From contig JASHWW010000006.1 in the NCBI GenBank assembly GCA_030043855.1, positions 1 through 41,803 of the forward strand: a stretch of 41,803 nt of DNA, given 5' to 3'. Each line of letters begins with the position of its first letter. The first letter of the stretch is position 1. Below are positions 1-7,828 of this stretch, in pieces. The notes under the pieces are model-generated. The model had not been told where the DNA came from. It worked only from the letters and a program-made list of their open reading frames with translations, and ran no database searches. The position numbers were made by a program, and so were the translations under genes. The DNA comes from Thermoplasmata archaeon. Its GTDB lineage: Archaea > Thermoplasmatota > Thermoplasmata > Lutacidiplasmatales > UBA184.

Positions 1-941
1 ACCTCGAGCGCGGTGACCGTGGCCCACCGGCTCGGGTCTCCGGGCGCCTCGAGCCGGAGGGGAAAGGCCGGCCAGCGGATCCGATAGCCGCCCCGATCGG
101 GGTCGAGATCCGGGTGGTCGGCATCGAGGGCCCACGAGCCGTCCGGTCGCTGCTTGTCGCGGAGCCAGCGGAGCGCCGGTCGGAGTCGCCGGTCCCCGCC
201 GTACCCGAGCCGGGTGAGGATCCGAAGGCCCACGAGCACGTCGTAGTAGTAGTGGTTCGGATAGTGGATCCGGAACCACGGAGGATACCGGGTGCGACCC
301 TCGTCCATCAGGTGACGTTTCAGATAGAACTCGGCACCGCGCTCGATCGAGCGCCGCACCGCGGCGCTCCGCCCGTCGGGAGGGATCTCGGCGAACGCGG
401 CCAGCCCCTCCCATCCATCGAGCGTGCCCCGGCCGGCGGGAAAGCAGTGCCAGCCGCCGTCCGGCTTCTGCGTCCGCAGGATCCACGCGATCGAGCGCTG
501 GACCGCGGGGTGGTCGAGGAAGCCAAAGCGAACGAGGGTCCGCACCGCGTTGCCGGTGACGCAGATCTCGCCGGCGCGGCCGGAGAGGTCGCCGCCCCGG
601 GGGCTCCACCGTCGCAGGATCAACTCGCCGGTCCTCCGGATCCGAGGGTCGGACCCGGTCATGCCGAGGTCCCCGAGGACGATCGCGATCCAGTTCGTGA
701 CCGCGTACTTCGGAACGTACAGTTCGCGCGCCGAATTTCCCGGGGTCGTCCAGTGCCCGTCCGACGCCTGGAACGCCAGCAACCGCTGCGCCCACCCCTT
801 CGTCCCGATGGCGGCCCGCGCGGACCGAACGCGCGGGTCGGCCGCGGGGAGCTGCTCGACCTCCGACCAGTACCGCCACCGAACGCTCGGGTCGGAGTCC
901 GCACCGGTCAACCAGCGCTTGAGGCGAGCCGGAACGCGCAC
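1..941 (-). CDS. prenyltransferase / terpene-cyclase-like (alpha-alpha toroid, PFTB/QW-repeat) protein, partial; the C-terminus lies beyond the window edge
   Basis: The minus-strand frame is open from GTG at 941 to base 1. It is missing from the ORF track because there is no stop inside the window. Hand translation gives VRVPARLKRWLTGADSDPSVRWRYWSEVEQL..LLAFQASDGHWTT..ILRTQKPDGGWHCF..HYPNHYYYDVLVGLRIL..LRDKQRPDGSWALD. It has three D-G-x-W repeats and very high GC3. GTTAAGT (minus-strand reading of 964-970) lies about 24 nt upstream of the GTG. Confidence 0.6.
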   Translation of the reverse strand, partial: MRVPARLKRWLTGADSDPSVRWRYWSEVEQLPAADPRVRSARAAIGTKGWAQRLLAFQASDGHWTTPGNSARELYVPKYAVTNWIAIVLGDLGMTGSDPRIRRTGELILRRWSPRGGDLSGRAGEICVTGNAVRTLVRFGFLDHPAVQRSIAWILRTQKPDGGWHCFPAGRGTLDGWEGLAAFAEIPPDGRSAAVRRSIERGAEFYLKRHLMDEGRTRYPPWFRIHYPNHYYYDVLVGLRILTRLGYGGDRRLRPALRWLRDKQRPDGSWALDADHPDLDPDRGGYRIRWPAFPLRLEAPGDPSRWATVTALE

Positions 942-994
942 GCGCGCCCCACCCCCGCGCGGGACTTAACGCCGGTCCGGCCGAGCGAGCTCGG

Positions 995-2407
995 CTACGC
1001 GGCGCGGGGTGCCGCCACCGCCGCTCGCTCGACCGGGGCGAAGCGGGCCGTAAAGTGCGGGAGTCGTTCGGGTCGGTGCGTCATCCGCAGCCCGCCGATC
1101 TCGGCCCGACGCGCGTGGACCCGCGCGACGACGTCGGCGACGTAGGCGAGGTGGCTGGCCGAGTAGACGCGACGGGGGATCGCCAGGCGGACCATCTCGA
1201 GCGGACGGGCCGGGATCCCGTCCTGGCCGCCGAACATGATGGATCCGATCTCGACCGCTCGCACACCGCCCTCCCGGTAGAGCTCGACGACCAGCGCTTG
1301 GCCCGGCAATTCGGCCGCGTCGAGATGCGGGAGGAACCGACGCACGTCCAGATAGACCGCGTGCCCCCCGACCGGTTTGAAGAACGGGACCCCGGCCCGG
1401 TCGAGAAGGCCGGCGAGGAACCGGACCTGACCGATGCGGTGCTCCAGGTACTCGAGGTCGGTCGCCTCGGCCAGTCCGACCGCCATCGCCCCGAGGTCGC
1501 GGCGGGCCAGTCCGCCGTACGTCGGGAACCCCTCGTAGAGGATCAGCGCCTCCTTCAGACGGTCGGCGACGCGGGCATCGCGGGTGGCGACGAACCCCCC
1601 GATGTTCACGAGCCCGTCCTTCTTCGCGCTCATCGTCGCCCCGTCGGCCAGGTCGAAGAACGCGCGCCCGATCTCGGCGATCGACCGCTCGCGCATGCCC
1701 GGCTCCCGGGTCTTGACGAAGTAGGCGTTCTCGGCCCACCGACACATGTCCACGTAGAGCGGAACGCCGTGCGACCGGCAGAGTTCCGCGGTGGCGCGGA
1801 AGTTGGCGAACGACACGGGCTGTCCCGCGCCGGCGTTGTTCGTGAGCGTAACGAACGCGAGCGGCACGCGGCCTTCGCCGGCCGTGCGCAGCAAGGCTCC
1901 GAGGCGGTCGAGGTCGACGTTGCCCTTGAACGGGAGGTCGCTCTCGGGATCGTAGGCGTCCGCCGAGGCGAGGTTCTTCGGCTCGCCGCCCCGGTTGCGG
2001 ACGTGCGCTTCGGTGGTGTCGAAGTGCATGTTGTTCGGGACGATCGAGCCCGGACGGACCAGCACCGACACCAGGACGTTCTCCGCGCCGCGTCCCTGGT
2101 GGGTCGGGAGGACGAACGGAAAGCCGGTGAGCTCCCGGACGGTCGCCTCGAACTCCTCGAAGTTCCGACTTCCGGCGTACGCCTCGTCGCCCACCATCAG
2201 CGCCGACCACTGCCGGTCGCTCATCGCCCCGGTGCCGGAGTCCGTGAGCAGGTCGATCCGGATCTCCGCCGACCGGAGGTTGAACAGATTGAACCCGGCC
2301 CGCTCGAGCGCCCGCTCCCGGTCCTCGCGCGACGGGTTCGGGATCCGTTCGACGACCTTCGCCTTGAACGGCTCGAACGGGAGCGCCGGGCCGTCCGGAG
2401 CGGACAA
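995..2407 (-). CDS. tryptophanase / tyrosine phenol-lyase family PLP-dependent beta-eliminating lyase
   Basis: From memory it is collinear with E. coli TnaA: LPFEPFKAKVVERI, IDLLTDSGTGAMS, PTHQGRGAE, MSAKKDGLVNIGG (PLP lysine), EGFPTYGGL, GGHAVYLD, HFTARF. The track start (2536) lies upstream of an ATATAAG TATA box (2430-2437, minus) and collides with the divergent gene. I propose TTG at 2407, 22 nt downstream of the TATA box, giving MSAPDGPALPFEPF. The start is uncertain; the family call is solid. Confidence 0.9.
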   Translation of the reverse strand: MSAPDGPALPFEPFKAKVVERIPNPSREDRERALERAGFNLFNLRSAEIRIDLLTDSGTGAMSDRQWSALMVGDEAYAGSRNFEEFEATVRELTGFPFVLPTHQGRGAENVLVSVLVRPGSIVPNNMHFDTTEAHVRNRGGEPKNLASADAYDPESDLPFKGNVDLDRLGALLRTAGEGRVPLAFVTLTNNAGAGQPVSFANFRATAELCRSHGVPLYVDMCRWAENAYFVKTREPGMRERSIAEIGRAFFDLADGATMSAKKDGLVNIGGFVATRDARVADRLKEALILYEGFPTYGGLARRDLGAMAVGLAEATDLEYLEHRIGQVRFLAGLLDRAGVPFFKPVGGHAVYLDVRRFLPHLDAAELPGQALVVELYREGGVRAVEIGSIMFGGQDGIPARPLEMVRLAIPRRVYSASHLAYVADVVARVHARRAEIGGLRMTHRPERLPHFTARFAPVERAAVAAPRAA

Positions 2408-2429
2408 CGTCGCAGGAACCGTTTCGCCG

Positions 2430-2437
2430 CTTATATG
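2430..2437 (-). promoter_or_regulatory. TATA box (CATATAAG on the minus strand) for the tryptophanase-family gene
   Basis: It lies inside the over-extended track ORF, with TTG 2407 22 nt downstream. Confidence 0.5.
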
Positions 2438-2534
2438 CCGCCGGAGGTCTAGCGCGGCCCGAATCGCACGTCCCCCGCGCCGCCGATAGGTTTTCAAGCC
2501 GGAGGGACCCGTGTTTGTGGGGGCAGGTCGCCCC

Positions 2535-3350
2535 ATGGCCTCCGTCCTCCTGCCGCACTTCCGTCGGCCACCCCCGCTCTATCGGCTCGCGCTCGCGCTG
2601 CGGCGCGTCGGTCTGCTGGTCCTCGTGCTCATCCTCCTCGGACTCGCCCTGGAGGCGTACTCGGTCTCGGAGGTCGTCCGTACCATGCCGAGCAACTCCG
2701 GCTTCAGCTCGCAGTTCCTCCCGAACGGGACGTTCGAGCTGGCCGGATCGTTCCACCTGCCGAACGGCGGCTTCCTGCCGATCTCGGACTTCCGTCTGCA
2801 CCTCCGCCTCCTCGACGAGGCGCGGGCGTTCCTCGGCGAGAGCGAGACCGGCCCGCTCACGCTCGCTCCCGGATCGAACACCTCGATCCCGATCGTCGTC
2901 TACCTGCCGTTCACCGCCGGCAGCTCGGTCGACTCGCTCCTGACGGTCGACCAGACGCTGGAAGTCCAGGTCTGGGCGAATGCGACGTACGGGTACCTGT
3001 TCCCGGCGGGGATCGCCATCGCCACCAACGACAGCTGGGGCGCGCCGTTCGCGAACTACGCGGTCACGACGACGTCGGCCGGGGCCGGAGTGCTGGCGGT
3101 GCAGATCACCTACCAGAACCACGCCGCCTTCGACGAGGTCGGCTCGCTCGACTTCGCGGTCGTCGCCAGTGGCGGGGCGACGTGCGGTACCGGCTCGCTC
3201 GCGGTGAACGTGCCGTCCCAGCAGTCGTTCCAGGAGACCCAGAACGTCGCGATCGCCTCCGGGTGCGACCCGACCGGCGGGACGGTCACGGCATCGTTCC
3301 TCGCCCCCGCGGACGTCGTGGTCCCGCTCCCGACGGAGGCGACCGGATGA
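2535..3350 (+). CDS. hypothetical N-terminally membrane-anchored extracytoplasmic protein with several N-x-S/T sequons
   Basis: There is one N-terminal TM segment (LLVLVLILLGLALEAY) followed by a beta-rich, Arg-poor domain with NGT, NTS, NAT and NDS sequons. The composition is coding-like. The start is ATG 2535 or GTG 2511 (GGAGGG lies 4 nt upstream of 2511). The stop overlaps the next gene's ATG (ATGA at 3347-3350). Confidence 0.6.
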   Translation: MASVLLPHFRRPPPLYRLALALRRVGLLVLVLILLGLALEAYSVSEVVRTMPSNSGFSSQFLPNGTFELAGSFHLPNGGFLPISDFRLHLRLLDEARAFLGESETGPLTLAPGSNTSIPIVVYLPFTAGSSVDSLLTVDQTLEVQVWANATYGYLFPAGIAIATNDSWGAPFANYAVTTTSAGAGVLAVQITYQNHAAFDEVGSLDFAVVASGGATCGTGSLAVNVPSQQSFQETQNVAIASGCDPTGGTVTASFLAPADVVVPLPTEATG

Positions 3351-3832
3351 GCGGAGCGCCGGAACCGCCGACGCACGGGTTCCAGATCCCGCCGCTGGGG
3401 CAGCGGATCCTGGCGTCCGGGCTCCGACTGGTCCCCCTTCTGGTGGTGCTGGTCGGGTTGCCGCTCGCGGGTCTCACGTTCCTGGGGAGCCATGGGATCT
3501 CTCTGCCCGTTTCGGACCTCACCGTCACGGGGTTCGGCCTCGCGATCGCGGTCCTCGCGGCCGCGCGCTCGGTCGTCCGGCCGAGCCGGGCGTACGGGCC
3601 CGTGTCGATCGCGGCGAGCGCGACGGCGTTCGTCTACCTGCTCGTCCTGCTCACGGAGGCGTCCTACCACATCGCGGTCCCGGGGTCGAGCGTGACCATC
3701 TCCCTGAACGTCGCCCGCCTGATCGCGCTCCTCCTCCTCGTCCCGGCGTTCGGGATCGCGGCGGGGGTCGTGACGACGATCGAGGACGCCCGCCACCCGA
3801 TGGAGCGGCTGCCCTACGAGTACCCGGCGTGA
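3347..3832 (+). CDS. hypothetical polytopic membrane protein (about 4 TM)
   Basis: ATG 3347 overlaps the upstream stop (ATGA), consistent with translational coupling. Hydrophobic helices include LVPLLVVLVGLPLAGLTFL, GFGLAIAVLAAA, FVYLLVLLTEA and LIALLLLVPAFGIAAGVV. The upstream part of track ORF 3182.. is Arg/Pro junk. Confidence 0.6.
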   Translation: MSGAPEPPTHGFQIPPLGQRILASGLRLVPLLVVLVGLPLAGLTFLGSHGISLPVSDLTVTGFGLAIAVLAAARSVVRPSRAYGPVSIAASATAFVYLLVLLTEASYHIAVPGSSVTISLNVARLIALLLLVPAFGIAAGVVTTIEDARHPMERLPYEYPA

Positions 3833-3841
3833 GTGGCGGGC

Positions 3842-4312
3842 CTAGGCACCCGCGACCACGACCTCGACGATCCGAACCGGGGTCCGCGGCCGGTCGTTCG
3901 CGTCGCGGGGGACCTTCGCGATCTTGTCGACGACGTCCTGCCCGCCGCGCACACGCCCGAACACCGCGTGCTTCCCGTCCAGCCACGAGGTCGCGGCGAG
4001 GGTGATGAAGAACTGGCTGCCGCCCGTGTTCGGCCCCGCGTTCGCCATGGAGAGGACGCCGGGCCCGTCGTGGCGGAGCTCCCGCGAGAACTCGTCCGGG
4101 ATGCTGTAGCCGGGGTCGCCCGTCCCGTCCCCTTTCGGGCAGCCGCCCTGGATCATGAAGCCGGGGATCACCCGGTGGAACGTGAGCCCGGTGTAGAATC
4201 CCCGCTTCGCGAGCGCGAGGAAGTTCTCGGCCGTCTTGGGAGCGCGGTCGCGGAACAGCTCGATCCGGATGTCGCCCTGCGTCGTCCGCAGCGTCACGGT
4301 GGGGTTCGGCAT
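3842..4312 (-). CDS. cyclophilin-type peptidyl-prolyl cis-trans isomerase
   Basis: Motifs [37 protein letters not shown] and [11 protein letters not shown] are present. CTTTTAGG (minus-strand reading of 4334-4341) lies 22 nt upstream of the ATG. Confidence 0.95.
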   Translation of the reverse strand: MPNPTVTLRTTQGDIRIELFRDRAPKTAENFLALAKRGFYTGLTFHRVIPGFMIQGGCPKGDGTGDPGYSIPDEFSRELRHDGPGVLSMANAGPNTGGSQFFITLAATSWLDGKHAVFGRVRGGQDVVDKIAKVPRDANDRPRTPVRIVEVVVAGA

Positions 4313-4437
4313 GGTCGACGGACGCGCGCCCGACCTAAAAGCGCCTCGCGCGGGCCGCCTCCGCCGTCCGGTTTATCTCCGTGGAACCGGCTAACGACCA
4401 CGGAGGGCCCCGGAACTGCGTCGGCGCCGACCACGGA

Positions 4438-4941
4438 ATGAATCGGTCGATCGCCTACGTCGGGGTCGGGATCATCGTCGTCGGACTGGGCCTGGTCGGT
4501 TTCCCGATCGTCGTCTACGGGCACGAACTGTTCGACCTCGAGCAGGTCGCGGGCTTCCTGGTCGCTCCGATCGGACTCGTGGTGGTGCTCCTCGGCGCCG
4601 TCGCGCACAACCCGGACCGCACGACGGTCGGGGGGGCTTTCGGGAACCCCGACGAGGGCGTCCGCCGGCCGCGGTCCGGCGCCTCGCCGCCGGCGCGTCG
4701 CCTCGGCTACAGCCCGCTCGAGCCGGTCAACTGCCGATTCTGCCGCACGATCATCACGCACGACCTCGCGAACTGCCCGCGGTGCGCCCGCGCGCGCGAC
4801 TGCCGTTCGTGCGGTCGTCCGCTCGGCATGGTGCTCGACCGGGCCACCTGTCCGACCTGCGCCCGGCCGGAAGCGTTTTGCAACTGCGCCCGTCTCGCCC
4901 GGCCCCCGACGCCCGTGACGGCTCGCGTTCGACGGGGCTGA
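4438..4941 (+). CDS. membrane protein with a C-terminal double zinc-ribbon
   Basis: MNRSIAYVGVGIIVVGLGLVGFPIVV plus a second TM segment, then CRFC..CPRC and CRSC..CPTC cysteine pairs. The stop lies 7 nt before the RNase HI start. Confidence 0.6.
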   Translation: MNRSIAYVGVGIIVVGLGLVGFPIVVYGHELFDLEQVAGFLVAPIGLVVVLLGAVAHNPDRTTVGGAFGNPDEGVRRPRSGASPPARRLGYSPLEPVNCRFCRTIITHDLANCPRCARARDCRSCGRPLGMVLDRATCPTCARPEAFCNCARLARPPTPVTARVRRG

Positions 4942-4948
4942 AGGAACC

Positions 4949-5476
4949 GTGGACGACCGGACCCTGCCGCGGGGCATCGCTTCGGCGAGCGGCCCGGTGA
5001 CCGTCCACTTCGACGGGGCCTGCCAGACGATCGGCGGAGGCCCCGTCGCGGCGTACGGATTCACCGTGGACGGGGCGGGATTCGCCCACGAGGACCACGG
5101 ACTGGCGGTCCCCCCGCACCACGAGCGGGCCACGAACAACGTCGCCGAGTACGTCGCGGCGACCCGCGCCCTCGAATGGCTGCGGGCCCAGGGGTACGTC
5201 GGGGAGGTGGTCGTCCTCGGCGACAGTCAACTCGTGATCGAGCAGATGCAGGGGACCTACCGGGTGCGGGCCGAGCATCTCCGGGACTACCACGAGTGGC
5301 TGGCGACGCTGGCCCGCGGTTTCGCGAAGACGGAGTTCCGGTGGATCCGACGCGAGGAGAACGTCCGAGCGGACGCGCTCTCGAAGACGGCGATCCGCGA
5401 GGCCGGTCCCGCGGTGCGGCGGTCCCAACGCCCGCCGCGGACGGAGCCCGACGCTCCCGACGGGGCGCGGCCCTAG
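4949..5476 (+). CDS. rnhA: ribonuclease HI (type 1 RNase H, archaeal RVT_3-like)
   Basis: DEDD catalytic pattern: HFDGAC, NNVAEY, VLGDSQLV, ENVRADALS. The start is GTG with GAAGGA 5 nt upstream. Confidence 0.85.
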   Translation: MDDRTLPRGIASASGPVTVHFDGACQTIGGGPVAAYGFTVDGAGFAHEDHGLAVPPHHERATNNVAEYVAATRALEWLRAQGYVGEVVVLGDSQLVIEQMQGTYRVRAEHLRDYHEWLATLARGFAKTEFRWIRREENVRADALSKTAIREAGPAVRRSQRPPRTEPDAPDGARP

Positions 5477-5691
5477 TTCCAGCGAACGGTGTAGACGAGC
5501 GTCCGGCCCTCGACGGCGGCCCGGGCGCGCGCGGAGTCGACGTACGTCGCGAACGCCGCCGCGGCCTCGAGCGAGAGCTTCGGACGGACCCCGTAGCCCC
5601 GGGGGTGCCCGACGCCCAGGATCGCGTGGGGCGGGGGCGCGGCGGGCGCCAACGGCTCGGCGGCGACCGGCTTCCGGAGCAGGGCGCTCAC
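5473..5691 (-). CDS. hypothetical small protein (72 aa)
   Basis: Only 2 of 72 codons end in A/T from GTG 5691 onward, whereas the 32 upstream codons of track ORF 5473..5787 are A/T3-rich. GGGGGA lies about 6 nt upstream of the GTG. I recognise no family. The sequence ends ..AAVEGRTLVYTVRWN. Confidence 0.45.
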   Translation of the reverse strand: MSALLRKPVAAEPLAPAAPPPHAILGVGHPRGYGVRPKLSLEAAAAFATYVDSARARAAVEGRTLVYTVRWN

Positions 5692-5990
5692 GGAAGTTCC
5701 CCCGCGACCGGATACGGAAGGAGGGGGAACCGGACCCGCCCGCACGGAAGAGCGGCGAGCGGAACGTGGAGTTCGGCGTCGCCCCAATTCACGAGCGGGG
5801 CGGCCGCGAGGATGGTGCGTCCGTCGGAACTGTCCGACACGGCCTCTCGGCAGGTGTCAGACGTACGTCGTACATAAACCCTAAAGTTCGACTGGAAACG
5901 GGGGGGTGGGGGCCCCGGCCCGTGACGGAGGACCTTGGCGGACAACCGGCCGACCGTTCCGGGGCCGGGGCGGTCCGGCGCGTCGGCGGG

Positions 5991-5998
5991 TTTTAAGG
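5991..5998 (+). promoter_or_regulatory. TATA box (TTTTAAGG) for the ACE-like peptidase gene
   Basis: An AT-rich octamer in a GC-rich context, 27 nt upstream of ATG 6026. Confidence 0.55.
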
Positions 5999-6025
5999 GT
6001 GCCGGCGGTGGGGAACGGTACCACG

Positions 6026-7771
6026 ATGGGGGCCGAGGCGACCACGAGCTCCCCGGAGGCGTCCCGCTTCCTGGCCGAGACCGAGGCGGAACTGCTCGAT
6101 CTGGTCACCGAGCAGCAGCGCACCGAGTGGGTCTACCAGACGCACATCACCCCGGACACCGAAGCGCTCTCGTCCCGCTCGTACGCCCGCTACGTCAACA
6201 CGGCCGTCCGACGGGCGAAGGAGTCGACGCGCTTCGGTCCGGGAGAGTTGAGCCCCGCAGACCGTCGGAAGATGACCCTGTTGCGGCTGCTGCTCCCGAT
6301 CATCGCGCCGGACGACCCGACCGAGTCGGTCGAGTTGACCCGGCTCGTCGCGTCGATGCAGGGAGCGTACGCGCGCGGTCGGCACACACCGGTCGGCGGA
6401 GCCGAGCCGCTCGACCTCCAGGGTCTCTCCCGCATCCTGGCCGAGAGCCGGGATCCGCGCCTGCTCGCCGACGTCTGGTCCGGCTGGCACGCGGTCGGGC
6501 GGTCGATCCGCCCGGAGTTCGTCCGCTACGTCGATCTCTCCAATCGCGGCGCGCGCGGGCTCGGCTTCGCGGACCTCGGCGCGATGTGGCGGTCGAAGTA
6601 CGACATGGAGCCCGAAGCGTTCGCGCGGGAGGTCGACCGGCTCTGGTCCGAGGTCGCTCCCCTCTACCGCTCGCTCCACGCCTACGTACGGTCGCGTCTC
6701 GTCGCGGTCTACGGGCGGGACCGCGTCCCGGAGGCGGGGCCGATCCCGTCGCAGTTCCTCGGCAACATGTGGGCGCAGTCGTGGGAGTCGATCTACCCGC
6801 TCCTCGCCCCACCAGACGCCGACCCCGGCTACGACCTCACGAAGCTCCTCGTCGACCGCGGCACCTCGGTCGAGCAGATGGTCCGGTACGCGGAGCGGTT
6901 CTTCGTTTCCCTCGGGCTCCCCGCGCTCCCGCCGAGCTTCTGGGAGCGCTCGATGTTCGTCCGACCGCGGGACCGCGAGGTCGTCTGCCACGCGAGCGCG
7001 TGGGACATCGACTACGTCGAGGACCTCCGGATCAAAATGTGCGTCGAGATCACCGCGGAGGACTTCCAGACGATCCACCACGAGCTCGGCCACAACTACT
7101 ACCAGCGGGCCTACGCCCGCCAGCCGTTCCTCTTTCGGGACAGCGCCCACGACGGCTTCCACGAGGCCGTCGGCGACACCATCCAGCTCTCCGTCACGCC
7201 CGAGTATCTGGTCCGGATCGGGCTGCTGGACCGGGCGCCGGACGCGAGCCGCGACATCGGCCTGCTGCTCTACCGGGCCCTCGAGAAGGTCGCCTTCCTC
7301 CCGTTCGGGCTCGCGGTCGACCGGTGGCGCTGGGACGTCTTCTCCGGCGCGATCCCGCCGGCCGACTACAACCCGACGTGGTGGGAGATCCGGCGCCGCT
7401 ACCAGGGTGTCGTCCCTCCCGCCCCGCGCTCGGCGGAGGAGTTCGACGCCGGGGCGAAGTACCACGTGCCGTCGAACGTCGCGTACATGCGCTACTTCCT
7501 GGCCCACGTCCTGCAATTCCAGTTCCATCGCGCGCTCGTCCGAACCGCCGGGATCCCCGGCCCGTTGCATCGGGCGTCCATCTTCGGCTCCGAGGCCGCG
7601 GGGCGCTCGCTCGGGGAGATGCTCGCGATGGGGATGAGCCGCGAGTGGCCGGACGCGCTGGAGGCGATCGCCGGCGAACGGCGGATGTCGACGGCGGGCC
7701 TGCTCGAATACTTCGCTCCGTTGCAGCGGTGGCTCGACGAGCAGAACCGTTCGACCCCCGTCGGGTGGTAG
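6026..7771 (+). CDS. peptidyl-dipeptidase A / angiotensin-converting-enzyme-like zinc metallopeptidase (MEROPS M2 family)
   Basis: HHELGH at 7076-7093 and GFHEAVGD downstream (ACE has HHEMGH ... FHEAIGD). LGNMWAQSWESIY matches ACE LGNMWAQTW. TTTTAAGG at 5991-5998 lies 27 nt upstream of ATG 6026. The N-terminus has no hydrophobic signal or anchor. Confidence 0.9.
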   Translation: MGAEATTSSPEASRFLAETEAELLDLVTEQQRTEWVYQTHITPDTEALSSRSYARYVNTAVRRAKESTRFGPGELSPADRRKMTLLRLLLPIIAPDDPTESVELTRLVASMQGAYARGRHTPVGGAEPLDLQGLSRILAESRDPRLLADVWSGWHAVGRSIRPEFVRYVDLSNRGARGLGFADLGAMWRSKYDMEPEAFAREVDRLWSEVAPLYRSLHAYVRSRLVAVYGRDRVPEAGPIPSQFLGNMWAQSWESIYPLLAPPDADPGYDLTKLLVDRGTSVEQMVRYAERFFVSLGLPALPPSFWERSMFVRPRDREVVCHASAWDIDYVEDLRIKMCVEITAEDFQTIHHELGHNYYQRAYARQPFLFRDSAHDGFHEAVGDTIQLSVTPEYLVRIGLLDRAPDASRDIGLLLYRALEKVAFLPFGLAVDRWRWDVFSGAIPPADYNPTWWEIRRRYQGVVPPAPRSAEEFDAGAKYHVPSNVAYMRYFLAHVLQFQFHRALVRTAGIPGPLHRASIFGSEAAGRSLGEMLAMGMSREWPDALEAIAGERRMSTAGLLEYFAPLQRWLDEQNRSTPVGW

Positions 7772-7828
7772 CGGCCCGGGGCCCGAGCGACACGGTTTAG
7801 CCGCCCGCCCGGTGGCGGTCCGAGCGCG

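Noticed and set aside
114-1145. Plus-strand 343-aa ORF at the left edge.
   Set aside because: It is Arg/Pro-rich junk. The opposite strand in the correct frame encodes a clean prenyltransferase-repeat protein with very high GC3.
966-3122. Very long ORFs in alternate frames or antisense to recognisable genes. Examples: 966..3122, 1055..2452, 5935..7800, 5993..8101, 7929..9959, 8642..10288, 13023..14303, 14152..15513, 21137..23053, 23080..24303, 29209..31080, 35257..36627, 35697..37685 and 39081..41408.
   Set aside because: All are dominated by Arg/Pro/Gly/Ala, have no motifs and lack the G/C-third-position bias of the true frame. Each overlaps a gene with clear family signatures. Stop-codon depletion at about 70% GC produces such shadow ORFs, so I do not regard them as overlapping genes.
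5906-6025. A 40-codon N-terminal extension of the ACE-like peptidase from GTG 5906, containing RRR, considered as a possible Tat signal.
   Set aside because: No hydrophobic h-region follows the arginines. About 27% of codons end in A/T, compared with about 10% in the gene body. A rare TTA codon is present. The TTTTAAGG box lies inside the extension at the right distance for ATG 6026.
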